61,446 nucleotides of DNA from Chloroflexota bacterium (GTDB taxonomy: Bacteria; Chloroflexota; Dehalococcoidia; UBA2979), in the NCBI GenBank assembly GCA_947470025.1, contig CANIRU010000003.1, positions 1-61,446 on the forward strand, given 5' to 3'. Below the pieces are notes generated by a model. That model did not search any database and was not told the origin of the DNA. It worked only from the letters and a program-made list of their open reading frames with translations. The first letter of the stretch is position 1; each line of letters starts with the position of its first letter. This document shows, in pieces, positions 9,384 through 18,691 of this stretch. Made by a program: the position numbers and the translations under genes.

Positions 9384-9538
9384 CCCGCAGCATTCGAGGA
9401 CCACGGGGCCGGTGCTCGCGCACCGGCCCTCGGCATTCCCCGCACGCTCTTTCGACCAGATTGCCGCCGACCTCGACGGCCCGTAACCTCCGCCGATACT
9501 CCCCGATCCACCGCACCGTTCGCCCGACAGGAACCCGC

Positions 9539-10852
9539 ATGGTCACCGCCGCCCCGCCGCAGCCTCGGTTCTTCTATGGCTGGGTGATCGTCGCCGTCAC
9601 CTGGCTGGCGAACTTCACCACTGCGGGCACGAACCCGCTCGTCTTCTCGGTGTTCATCGCGCCGATGACGGCTGACCTCGGCCTGTCGAAGGCGGAGCTG
9701 GTGCTCGGGATCACCTTCCGCATGATCGCCGGCGGGCTGTTCGCACCGGTGCTCGGTCGGATCGTGGACCGCTACGGCGCACGCTGGCCGGGCGCGATCG
9801 CGGGCACGATCGTCGGCATCACGCTGATCGGGTTCTCGGTCACCACGAACGTCTATGCGCTGTACGCGCTCTTCATCCTGTCGGGCTTCAGCGGCTTCAG
9901 CATCGTCGGCGGCAACACGCTGACGATCGTGCCTCCCGCGAACTGGTTCGTGCTGAAGCGCGGCCGCGCGATCGCGATCTCCTCGGCGGGACAGCTGCTC
10001 GGCTCGGCCGTGTTCGCGCTGGTCGCGCTGCGGATGATCAACGGCATCGGTTGGCGCGAGACGTGGGTCGTGTTCGGCGTGATCGCGTTCCTCGGCGTCG
10101 TGCCGACGTACGCGCTCTTCATGCGACGGCGCCCCGAGGACATGGGACTGCGCCCGGACGGGGTGACCGCGGCTCCCGCCCCCGCGGTCGCATCGACCTC
10201 GACGGCGCCGGTGACGCACGAGGATCGCGACTACACGATGCGCGAGGCCGTGCGCACGCCCGTGTTCTGGGCGAACTTCGCATCGACGACGTTGCTGATG
10301 TTCGCCATCTCGCCGTTCCTGCTGTTCCGCCCGCAGTACTGGACGGGGATCGGCTTCTCCGGCGACCTGATCTCGCTCGGTCTGTTCATCGACCCGTTCA
10401 TGTTCGCGGCCGCGAACATGCTGATGGGTGTCTACGCAGAGCGAGTGCCGATCCGCTACCTCGGCGTCCTCGGCGGCGTGTTCCGCACGGTCGGCATCCT
10501 GCCGTTGACCCTCGGCATGACGTGGCCGGGGTCGGTCATCCTGCACAACCTGGTCTGGGGCATCGGAAGCGGAACCACGTCCGTCTTCCAGACGATGATG
10601 ATCCCGGAGTATTTCGGCCGCACGCACCAGGGCAGCATCCGCGGGATGATGACACTCGCGATGGTCGTGATCAGCTCGCTCGGCGGGCCCATCGGCGGCT
10701 ACATGCTCGACCACGGCATGTCGTTCGAGGTGTTCTGGTGGCTGATCCTCGCCGCGGTCGTGATCGCGAGCGCGTCGTTCTTCTTCCAGAAGCCGCCGCG
10801 CGCCCTGCGCGCCCACCCGACGACGCCGGGCCCGGTCGAGGTCGCACGATAG
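9539..10852 (+). CDS. MFS transporter
   Basis: About 12 hydrophobic segments, FFYGW N-terminus, GRIVDRYGAR (motif A) and WFVLKRGRA. Confidence 0.9.
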   Translation: MVTAAPPQPRFFYGWVIVAVTWLANFTTAGTNPLVFSVFIAPMTADLGLSKAELVLGITFRMIAGGLFAPVLGRIVDRYGARWPGAIAGTIVGITLIGFSVTTNVYALYALFILSGFSGFSIVGGNTLTIVPPANWFVLKRGRAIAISSAGQLLGSAVFALVALRMINGIGWRETWVVFGVIAFLGVVPTYALFMRRRPEDMGLRPDGVTAAPAPAVASTSTAPVTHEDRDYTMREAVRTPVFWANFASTTLLMFAISPFLLFRPQYWTGIGFSGDLISLGLFIDPFMFAAANMLMGVYAERVPIRYLGVLGGVFRTVGILPLTLGMTWPGSVILHNLVWGIGSGTTSVFQTMMIPEYFGRTHQGSIRGMMTLAMVVISSLGGPIGGYMLDHGMSFEVFWWLILAAVVIASASFFFQKPPRALRAHPTTPGPVEVAR

Positions 10853-10959
10853 GTCGGGGCCCGCGATGGGTCAGCAACGCCTGCCTCAACGCCGGTAACG
10901 CCGACGCCTCGACATTCGTTGCATGATCGGACGGCACACACCCCGTCGAGGAGGTCACG

Positions 10960-11400
10960 GTGATCCGTCGCGCAGCCCTCCTTGCCACGCTCGTCGCGGG
11001 CGCCCTGCTCGGCGTCGTCGGTGTGAGCGCCGCACAGGCGCAGACACCGAGCGGCACGTTCGCCGCAACGCCGGCGTTCAGCGCAAACGGGCAGGCAGCG
11101 GTCGTGTTCCTTGGCGGCTCCGTCGATCAGCTCGAGGTCGCGGCACGGACGAGCACCGCGAGCGGTGTCTGGGCACAGGACGGCGGTGGCGCGTTCCGCC
11201 TGCTGGTCGTCGGTGGCCCCGCGTTCATCCGCAGCGAGTTCACCGCGAAGTTCCCGAACGGATTCTCCGGCGCGACGGCGGTCACGTTGACACGGCCGAT
11301 CGGCTCGACAGCCACGCCGCCCCCGATCGTGACGAGCACCCCCACACCGCTACCGCCCTCGAGCTTCCCGACGGGCATCCCCGGCCCGTCGAGCAACTAG
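10960..11400 (+). CDS. Small secreted protein: signal peptide, the ~83-aa module shared with 62..1795, and a P/T-rich tail
   Basis: GTG follows GAGGAGG; cleavage site AQA-Q; ungapped 49/83 identity to the C-terminal domain of the IPT protein. Confidence 0.8.
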   Translation: MIRRAALLATLVAGALLGVVGVSAAQAQTPSGTFAATPAFSANGQAAVVFLGGSVDQLEVAARTSTASGVWAQDGGGAFRLLVVGGPAFIRSEFTAKFPNGFSGATAVTLTRPIGSTATPPPIVTSTPTPLPPSSFPTGIPGPSSN

Positions 11401-11414
11401 CAGAGCGACCGGCG

Positions 11415-13022
11415 CTACCAGCCGGCGGCGGCCCCGTCCGCGCGAGGATCGGTGGCGGCAGTGAAGAAGCCGCCGGCCCCGTCCAGGGCGATCGCGTTCG
11501 TGTGACCGACGGCGTGGTCCCACGCATCGCCTACCTCGACGCGATGTCCCATGCGCGCGAGCGCATCGATCGTCTCGCTGCCGAAGCGCGACTCCACGCG
11601 CAGCGTGTGCGCGTCGCGGCCGTCGACGGAGCCGGAGATCCAGCGCGGAGCGGCGAGGGCCTCGGCGAGGCCCATGCGCTGGTCGACGATGCGGTTCAGC
11701 AGCTGAACGTGCGTCTGCGGCTGGCCGTGCGCGCCCCTCGTGCCGAACGCCAGCGCGAACTTGCCGTCGCGCAGCGCCATCGCCGGAGCAAGCGTGTGGA
11801 ACGGGCGCTTGCCGGCGGCGAGCGCGTTTGGGTGCGACTCGTCGAGGTTGAAGCCTGCGCCGCGGTTGTGCAGCAGGATGCCAGTGTCCCCGGCGACGAG
11901 GCCGGACCCGAAGATCCAATACAGGCTCTGCGTGATCGCGACCGCGTTGCCGTCGCGGTCCATCACCGTGAGGAACACGGTGTCGCCGTGGCCGCCGGGG
12001 CTGACCGCCACGCCCGCCCGTGTCTCGTCGATGCATGCGCGTGCCTCGGCGGCCCACTCGGCCGACAACAGCCGCGCGAGGGGGGCGGGCTCGCGCATGA
12101 ACGCCGGATCGGCGACCCAGCGGTCGCGCTCGGCGAACGCCTGGTGCTTCGCCTCGACCATCAGGTGCAGCTCGCGCGCGGCCTGCGAGCCGTCCGGGGC
12201 GAAGTCGTAGCCCTCCAGGATCTGCGTCATCAGCAGCGCGGCCATGCCGTGGCTGTTGGGCGGCGCCTCGAGCACCTCAAGGCCACGGTAATGACCGCGC
12301 AGCGGCGTCACCCAGTCCGCTGGGACGTGGGCCTCGAAGTCCTCGGCGGTGAGCAGGCCGCCCGCCGCCTGCACGGAGGACGCGATGCGCCCGGCGAGCT
12401 CGCCGCGATAGAACGCGTCGCGGCCGCCCTCGGCGATCAGGCGCATCGACGCCGCGAGGTCGGGCAGGCGCAGCCGGTCGCCAACCGCCGGCGCGCGGCC
12501 ACCATCGAGGTACCGCGCCTTCGCGTCCGACGACATGTCGGGGATCGACCGCGCGATGTTCGAGGACAGGAAGCGGCCGACCGGGAAACCCTCGGACGCG
12601 TATCGGATCGCCGGCGCCAGCGCCCGCGCGAGGTCCCATGTACCGTGGCGCTTCAGCGCGACGTCCCACGCATCGACGGTGCCCGGCACGGTGACCGGCA
12701 GTGGCCCGCGGGTCGGCATCTCCTCAAGGCCGCGCGCCCGGTACGCGGCGGTGGTCATGGCGGCCCCGGCGCGCCCGCTGCCGTTGAGCGCCGTGATCTC
12801 GCCGGTCTTGCCGTCGCGATAGAGCATCAGCAGGTCGCCGCCGAGCCCGCACGCCGCCAGCTCCACGACGCCGAGGACGGCGTTCGCGGTCACCGCCGCG
12901 TCGATGGCGTTGCCGCCCTCCATCAGGGCCCCCATCGCCGCCTGCGTCGCGAGGTAGTGGGGCGTGGCGGCGGCACCTCGCTCGGCGCGGATCAGCGGGA
13001 GCGGCGTGGGCGACATCGTCAT
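11415..13022 (-). CDS. ggt: Gamma-glutamyltransferase family protein
   Basis: GGNAIDAAV, GLGGDLLM, TVPGTVDAW, DTVFLTVMD (nucleophile Thr), KRPFHTLAP and DPRADG motifs. Confidence 0.92.
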   Translation of the reverse strand: MTMSPTPLPLIRAERGAAATPHYLATQAAMGALMEGGNAIDAAVTANAVLGVVELAACGLGGDLLMLYRDGKTGEITALNGSGRAGAAMTTAAYRARGLEEMPTRGPLPVTVPGTVDAWDVALKRHGTWDLARALAPAIRYASEGFPVGRFLSSNIARSIPDMSSDAKARYLDGGRAPAVGDRLRLPDLAASMRLIAEGGRDAFYRGELAGRIASSVQAAGGLLTAEDFEAHVPADWVTPLRGHYRGLEVLEAPPNSHGMAALLMTQILEGYDFAPDGSQAARELHLMVEAKHQAFAERDRWVADPAFMREPAPLARLLSAEWAAEARACIDETRAGVAVSPGGHGDTVFLTVMDRDGNAVAITQSLYWIFGSGLVAGDTGILLHNRGAGFNLDESHPNALAAGKRPFHTLAPAMALRDGKFALAFGTRGAHGQPQTHVQLLNRIVDQRMGLAEALAAPRWISGSVDGRDAHTLRVESRFGSETIDALARMGHRVEVGDAWDHAVGHTNAIALDGAGGFFTAATDPRADGAAAGW

Positions 13023-13231
13023 AGCGGTTCCGTTCGAGAGTGCCAGCGTCGAGTACCGGCGCATTATCAGCGCAACTGGTTTCGAGCGGTCGCAGGGCTT
13101 CCGGCTGCTCGCTCGGACGGTTTGACATGATGTCGCCACGAATCCGGCGGCAGCGGAACGGACGACGAGCGAGCAGCGTCACACAATGAGGCCTCGGCCT
13201 CCTTGAGAGACCACAGAAGAATCGAGCCTCC

Positions 13232-13723
13232 ATGAACCGACCGTTCGCCCTTGCGGCCACGCTGCTGCTCGCGACTTTGCTCGCCGCTTGCACCCCGACA
13301 CCCGGGACGCCGAGCGCGACCGTCACGGCCGTCGTGACCAAGACGGCGACGGCAACCGCCACGCCCAGCGCGACCCGCACCTCCTCCGTGACGCCCAGCG
13401 CCACCGCCACCTCGACGGCAGCGCCCGGATCGCCGAGCGCGCCGACGAACCTCAAGCTCACCGGACGCATCCCCGACCTCAGCACGCCCATCCCGCCCGG
13501 CGAGGCCGAATCGGGCCGCCTGACGCTGGCGTGGGAGGGCGGCACCGGCGCGACCGGCTTCCGCATCTACCTCAAGGAATGCGACGGCACCGTGAAGCCC
13601 GCGCTCGACGTCCCGGGGGCCGACCACCAGTACGGCCCGATCCATGTGTGCCGCCCCACGGGCAGCATCGGCGTGTCGGCGTTCAACACGGCCGGCGAGT
13701 CCAACATCACCTGGGTGCGCTAG
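13232..13723 (+). CDS. Lipoprotein with an S/T/P-rich stalk and a C-terminal fibronectin-III-like domain
   Basis: Lipobox LAAC; PSAPTNLKL...LTLAW...FRIY...VSAFNTAGES pattern typical of FN3. Confidence 0.7.
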   Translation: MNRPFALAATLLLATLLAACTPTPGTPSATVTAVVTKTATATATPSATRTSSVTPSATATSTAAPGSPSAPTNLKLTGRIPDLSTPIPPGEAESGRLTLAWEGGTGATGFRIYLKECDGTVKPALDVPGADHQYGPIHVCRPTGSIGVSAFNTAGESNITWVR

Positions 13724-13767
13724 CCTCGAGGCGTCGCGCGATCGCGTGCGACTGAAGGAGCCCTGCA

Positions 13768-13956
13768 ATGTGGTGGCAAGACCTGCTCTGGGGCATCTGG
13801 AACGGACTGACCGCGTGGGTGATCCTGCTCGCACACCTCGTCGGCTACCTGGAGCAGTACCCGTTCTTCAACGTCGCCCGCGAGGGCGGCTGGTACGACT
13901 TCGGCTTCCTGATCGGCACCGGATCGCCGCTCCTCGGCGCGTTGCGCCGGCGGTAG
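13768..13956 (+). CDS. Small (62 aa) conserved-type membrane protein
   Basis: Strong RBS GAAGGAG; hydrophobic, Trp-rich sequence with a GGWYDFGFLIG motif. Confidence 0.65.
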   Translation: MWWQDLLWGIWNGLTAWVILLAHLVGYLEQYPFFNVAREGGWYDFGFLIGTGSPLLGALRRR

Positions 13957-14015
13957 CCGCGCCGTCCGACCGAGCGCTCTTCCCCGTCGAACAGGCGTCT
14001 CCTAGAGTTGGCCGC

Positions 14016-14822
14016 ATGAGGACGAGCGACGCTACCAACACCACACCCCAGACGTTCTTCCTGCCCGACGGCGATCACTACATCCCCACGGCATGGACGC
14101 AGAGCGGCTGGGACGCGAACTCGCTGCGAGGCGGCGCGATCTCCGGCCTGCTGATGCACGAGGTCGAGCGTCGCCACCTCGACCCCGAGTTCCAGGTAGC
14201 GCGCGTCACCGTCGACATGTTCCGCCTCGCGCCGATGGTGCCGCTGCGCGTCGCGACCACCGTGGCCCGCGACGGCGGGCGCATTCGTGTCGTCGACGCC
14301 GTGCTGATCGCCGACGAGCAGGAGATCGTGCGCGCGAGCGTCGTCATGCTGCGCCGCACCGAGCCGCCCGAGGGCGACGTCTGGACCCCACCGACGTGGG
14401 ACGTGCCGCACCCTGACACCCTGCCGATCTCGTCGTGGGGCGACGGCCGTCTGCCGATCTGGGAGCGCCGTTACATCAGCGGCAACCCGGCCGAGGGCGG
14501 CGAACTCGCGCCGAAGCGCGCCTGGCTGCACGACGTCGCCGCATTCCTCGGCGACGACCCACCGAGCCCCCTCGTCCGCGCGGCGATGATCTCCGACTCG
14601 GCCAGCCCGTTCTCGAACTCCGGTGCGCACGGCCTGAACTACGTGAACGCGGACACGACGCTGTACATGCACCGCGCCCCGGTCGGCGAATGGATCGGCA
14701 TCGAGGTGGTCGCGCACCACTCGACAGCCGGAATCGCAATCGGCGAGTGCGCTCTCTACGACCTCGACGGCTCGTTCGGCCGCACCAGCGTCTGCGCGAT
14801 CGCGAACCGCCGCCGCACGTAG
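14016..14822 (+). CDS. Acyl-CoA thioesterase-like double hot-dog protein
   Basis: TAWTQSGW..NSLRGGAISGLL, RVTVDMFR, NADTTLYMHR and LYDLDGSFG motifs; possible leaderless start. Confidence 0.8.
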   Translation: MRTSDATNTTPQTFFLPDGDHYIPTAWTQSGWDANSLRGGAISGLLMHEVERRHLDPEFQVARVTVDMFRLAPMVPLRVATTVARDGGRIRVVDAVLIADEQEIVRASVVMLRRTEPPEGDVWTPPTWDVPHPDTLPISSWGDGRLPIWERRYISGNPAEGGELAPKRAWLHDVAAFLGDDPPSPLVRAAMISDSASPFSNSGAHGLNYVNADTTLYMHRAPVGEWIGIEVVAHHSTAGIAIGECALYDLDGSFGRTSVCAIANRRRT

Positions 14823-14968
14823 CTTCCAATCCGTCTCGGGATGGGGCACCCCTCGGTTGAACGGTCGAGCTTCCTCATCGACGGCGCCACGCCTCGCTCC
14901 GGCGCGCCACACACACAGCAGGGGACCGGCTCGCGCCGCTCCCCTGTTCGTTCAACTGCCCATGCTCG

Positions 14969-15886
14969 CTAGCGGCCTCGGAGACGCGGATCGAGGTGGT
15001 CGCGGAGCGCGTCGCCGAACAGGTTCACCGCGAGCACGGTGATGACGAGCGCCACGGTCGGCACCAGCAGCAGGCCCGGCGACGAGATCATGTACGTCCA
15101 GCTGTCCCGCCCGACCATCGCGCCCCAGGTCGTCGTCGGGTCCTTCACGCCATAGCCAAGGAAGCTCAGGCTCGCCTCGGTGATGATGTTCTGCGACACC
15201 GACACGCTCATCAGCACGAAGAGCACGGGAGCGACGTTTGGCAGCAGGTGCCTGATGATCGTGCGGATGTTGTTCGCGCCGACGGACTTCGCGGCCTCGA
15301 TGTACGGCTCCTGCGCGAGGCTCAACGCCGCGCCTCGGACGACCCGTGCGGAGACGAAGCTCGCGCGGAACGAGAGCACGAGGACGATGTTCGTCAGGCT
15401 CGAGCCGATCGTGGAGAGGATCGCGACGAGCAGGATGATCGCCGGGATCGCCTGGATGACGTCGATGATCTGGACGAGCAGCGTGTCGACCCAGCCGCGC
15501 ACCAGCGCGGCCGTCAGGCCGATCGTCGCGGCGAAGATCGTCGAGATCAGCGTCGCGCCGACGCCCACATACATGGACACGCGCGCACCGTAGACCAGAC
15601 GTGTGTACACGTCACGACCGTACTGGTCGGTGCCGAACCAGTGCGCCTGTGACGCGCCCGCGAGCACGTCCGGCTTGTCCGGGATGTAGTTCATGGGGTA
15701 GGGCGTGATGTACGGCGCGAGCAGCGCCATCAGGATCACGCCGAAGATGACCACCGCCGCACCGAAGCCGACCGGCTGCTTCACCGCGTAGTTGTACAGC
15801 GCCTGGAAGATCGCCGGGCCACCGATCGCGCGCCGCCGCGGGGCACTCGCTAGGATCGCGTCGATGGTGGATTGTGACTGGCTCAT
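14969..15886 (-). CDS. Peptide/nickel ABC transporter permease (DppC/OppC-like)
   Basis: HWFGTDQYGRD, EAA loop YIEAAKSVGA and EASLSFLGYG. Confidence 0.93.
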   Translation of the reverse strand: MSQSQSTIDAILASAPRRRAIGGPAIFQALYNYAVKQPVGFGAAVVIFGVILMALLAPYITPYPMNYIPDKPDVLAGASQAHWFGTDQYGRDVYTRLVYGARVSMYVGVGATLISTIFAATIGLTAALVRGWVDTLLVQIIDVIQAIPAIILLVAILSTIGSSLTNIVLVLSFRASFVSARVVRGAALSLAQEPYIEAAKSVGANNIRTIIRHLLPNVAPVLFVLMSVSVSQNIITEASLSFLGYGVKDPTTTWGAMVGRDSWTYMISSPGLLLVPTVALVITVLAVNLFGDALRDHLDPRLRGR

Positions 15887-16830
15887 TTGAAGCTCACCCT
15901 CGGGTCTAGCGTGCTGTAGATCACGTCGATCGTCAGATTGAGAAGCACGACAGCAGTGCCGACCAGCAGCACCATCCCCTGGATCACCGGGTAGTCACGT
16001 CGTGCCAGCGCGTCGAAGAGGATGCCGCCGAGGCCGGGGAGCGTGAACACCTGCTCCACCACCACGGCGCCGGAGACCAGTCCGGCAGCCTGCAGGCCAA
16101 TGAGCGTCACAGTCGGCAGCAGTGCGTTCTTCAGGCCGTGCTTGAACCAGACACGCGTTGCCGTGAGCCCCTTGGAGCGCGCCGTCCGGATGTAGTCCTG
16201 CTGCATCACGTCGATGAACGACGATCGCATCATGCGGACGTTCGTCGCCATGAAGACCAGCGAAACCGCGACCACGGGGAGCAGCATGGAGAACAGATGG
16301 GGCAATAGTCCCTTGTCGAGCGGCACGAAGAGCGGTGGTCGCCACCGGAACCAGAGCGCCGGGAGCAGGACCATCATGGTCGCGACGAGGAAGCTCGGGA
16401 TGCCGAGGAACAGCACCGCAAAGAACCGGATCGCGTAGTCCGTGACCTTGCCGCGTGCCACTGCGGCCGCCATCCCCAATGGGATGCCGATCACAATGCT
16501 CACTACCACCGCATAAAGGGTCAGCTCGGTGGTCACCAGGACGCGCTCCTGGATCATGTCCGACACCGGGCGACCTCGAGTGATCGAGACACCCAGGTCG
16601 CCGCGGACGACGCCGCCGAGGTAGGTGACGTATCGGACGGGCAACGACTTGTCGAGGCCGAGCGAGTGCTCGAGCTTCGCGCGTGCCTCAGGCGTGATCT
16701 GGCCGGAATCGCCCAGCATGGAGTCGATCACGTTGCCCGGCGTCAGCTCCACCATCACGACGACGAGCGCCAGGATGATCAGCAGCTGCGGGATGAGCGC
16801 CAACACGCGTCGTGCGATGTACCTGCCCAT
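15883..16830 (-). CDS. Peptide/nickel ABC transporter permease (DppB/OppB-like)
   Basis: GDLGVS, DYIRTARSKGL, KHGLKNAL and RDYPVIQG motifs. Confidence 0.93.
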   Translation of the reverse strand: MGRYIARRVLALIPQLLIILALVVVMVELTPGNVIDSMLGDSGQITPEARAKLEHSLGLDKSLPVRYVTYLGGVVRGDLGVSITRGRPVSDMIQERVLVTTELTLYAVVVSIVIGIPLGMAAAVARGKVTDYAIRFFAVLFLGIPSFLVATMMVLLPALWFRWRPPLFVPLDKGLLPHLFSMLLPVVAVSLVFMATNVRMMRSSFIDVMQQDYIRTARSKGLTATRVWFKHGLKNALLPTVTLIGLQAAGLVSGAVVVEQVFTLPGLGGILFDALARRDYPVIQGMVLLVGTAVVLLNLTIDVIYSTLDPRVSFK

Positions 16831-16867
16831 AGCCCCGCAACCCCGTCCCTAGCAACCAGTTGGTTCA

Positions 16868-16902
16868 GCATGCCGAGCCGGGGCGACCCCGGCTCGGCAT
16901 GC
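16868..16902. promoter_or_regulatory. Intercistronic 16-bp perfect stem-loop between the SBP and permease genes
   Basis: gcatgccgagccgggg-cga-ccccggctcggcatgc, starting 6 nt after the SBP stop codon. Confidence 0.6.
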
Positions 16903-16907
16903 ATACG

Positions 16908-18620
16908 TTACTTCAGGCTGACAAACTTGCACGCCTCGACCAGGTCGGAGCCACTCTGGCCGCCCGGCCCCGGGTAGCCCTCGTAGCCCGCCCACTTCGG
17001 CGTCACGAAGGCGACCTGCTTCGCGTAGTAGTACGCGATGATCGGCGACTTGTTGATGACGATCTCTTCGGCCTGCTTGATCAGGGCACCGCGCTTCGCG
17101 ATGTCGAACTCCTGGATCGCCGCCGCGCAGAGCTTGTCGACCTCGGGGTCGGCGAAGCTGCCGTAGTTGCGGCTGCCGTCCGAGGCGTAGAAGTTCTGGA
17201 ACTCCACGGCGCCGTCGGTCGTGGGAAGGTTCGAGTACGCCATCATGTCGAAGTTGCCCGACGCGAGCCGCTGGTTGAACGGACCGGAGTCGACCGGGCC
17301 GTCCAGCGTGATCTTGATCTTCGGCCAGACCTTCAGCCACTGGGCGCGGACGCGCTCAGAGTTCGCCGGGTGCACCGGCGTGTTGAAGACCATGATCGCG
17401 GCGCTGATCTCGCCCTCTTTGAAGCCCGCGGCCTCCATCAGCTTCTTCGCCTCGGCGATGTCGGCTTCCTTGGTGGACGGGTTCCAACCGGGGCGCTTCG
17501 CGATCTCGGACGCCGGGATCGCCTCGTTCACCCACGTGGAGACGAGCGGGCCGGTCGGCTGAGCGAGCTCACCGTAGAACGCATCGCCGATCGCCTTGCC
17601 GTCGATCACGAGAGTGAGGGCGCGACGGACGCGCTCGTCCTGGAAGAGCTGCTTCTTGTTGTTGAAGCGCAGGTAGTGGATGTAGCCGTAGTCCCACTTC
17701 AGGACCTGCGCGTCCGGGCGCGCCTTCTGCACCGCCTGCACCTCGGACCACGGCTGGTTCGTCATGGTGAGGTAGTCGATGGTGTCGCCGATAAACGAGG
17801 CCGTGTTGGCCTGGTATGTGTCGAAGGACTGCTTCGTGACCTCGGCGGCCTTCGGCATACCCTTCTCCCAGTACTTGGGGTTCACGACCAGGGTGCCGTT
17901 ACCAGCGTTGTCCAACTGCTTGATCATGTACGGGCCTGTGCCGACGACCTTCGAGGGGTCCGTGAACCCCGTGTCCTTCGACTCGACCGGCATGATCGGC
18001 GTGCGCATGTCGGCCATGCCGTTGAGGATCGCGCTGTTCGGCGCCGACATCTTCAGCGTCACGGTGCCCGCGTCCGTCGCGACGGCCTCCGTCATGAAGC
18101 GGAAGTTCGTGCGGCGCGGGTAAAGCGCGACCTTCTCCTTGTCGAGGAGCGCGGCGTGACGGTTCAGGCTGTATGCGACATCAGACGCGTTCATCTCGCG
18201 GCCGTTGGTCGGGGCCTTGTCGTGGAAGAACACGCCCTTGCGAACCTTCAGCGCGATCTCGGTTGGGGACTTCACTTCCCACGACTCGACGAGCGAGGGC
18301 TCGAGCTTGTAGTTCTGCTTGTTCGCGGTCAGCGCCAGGTTGCCCCAGTTGCCCCAGTAGGTGGGACCGGCGGACAGCATGGTCGCGGGGTCGTACGACT
18401 CGCTGAGCTTGCCGGTGCCCTGGCGGATCGTGCCCTTCGGGGCGGTGGACGCGACCGCGCCACCCGCGGAACTGCCGGTGGCGGCCGGGACCGTCTCCTT
18501 CGAGTTGCTCGAGCAACCGATCAGCGCCGCGGCGGACAGGCCAACGCCCATCACGCCAGCGCCACGGATCAGACCGCGGCGCGAGACCGTCGATCGGGAC
18601 CAGTAACCAGTTTCAGTCAA
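16908..18620 (-). CDS. ABC transporter substrate-binding protein, family 5 (Tat lipoprotein)
   Basis: TTG start after GGAGGG; SRRGLIRG twin-Arg signal followed by IGC lipobox; SLVESWE...LKVRKGVFFHD and GTGPY motifs. Confidence 0.92.
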   Translation of the reverse strand: MTETGYWSRSTVSRRGLIRGAGVMGVGLSAAALIGCSSNSKETVPAATGSSAGGAVASTAPKGTIRQGTGKLSESYDPATMLSAGPTYWGNWGNLALTANKQNYKLEPSLVESWEVKSPTEIALKVRKGVFFHDKAPTNGREMNASDVAYSLNRHAALLDKEKVALYPRRTNFRFMTEAVATDAGTVTLKMSAPNSAILNGMADMRTPIMPVESKDTGFTDPSKVVGTGPYMIKQLDNAGNGTLVVNPKYWEKGMPKAAEVTKQSFDTYQANTASFIGDTIDYLTMTNQPWSEVQAVQKARPDAQVLKWDYGYIHYLRFNNKKQLFQDERVRRALTLVIDGKAIGDAFYGELAQPTGPLVSTWVNEAIPASEIAKRPGWNPSTKEADIAEAKKLMEAAGFKEGEISAAIMVFNTPVHPANSERVRAQWLKVWPKIKITLDGPVDSGPFNQRLASGNFDMMAYSNLPTTDGAVEFQNFYASDGSRNYGSFADPEVDKLCAAAIQEFDIAKRGALIKQAEEIVINKSPIIAYYYAKQVAFVTPKWAGYEGYPGPGGQSGSDLVEACKFVSLK

Positions 18621-18691
18621 AGTCTATTCCCTCCGAAACGTCAGACTTACCACAATCGCTGAGCGCGGCAGAGGCCGCGCCCACTGGTGGG

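Noticed and set aside
11340-11400. FPTG near the C-terminus of the small secreted protein as a sortase signal
   Set aside because: No hydrophobic helix or basic tail follows it.
13218-13229. 12-mer agaatcgagcct upstream of both the lipoprotein (13232) and the secreted fusion protein (55933-55944, minus)
   Set aside because: Spacing to the start codon differs, and one shared 12-mer among all upstream regions is plausible by chance.
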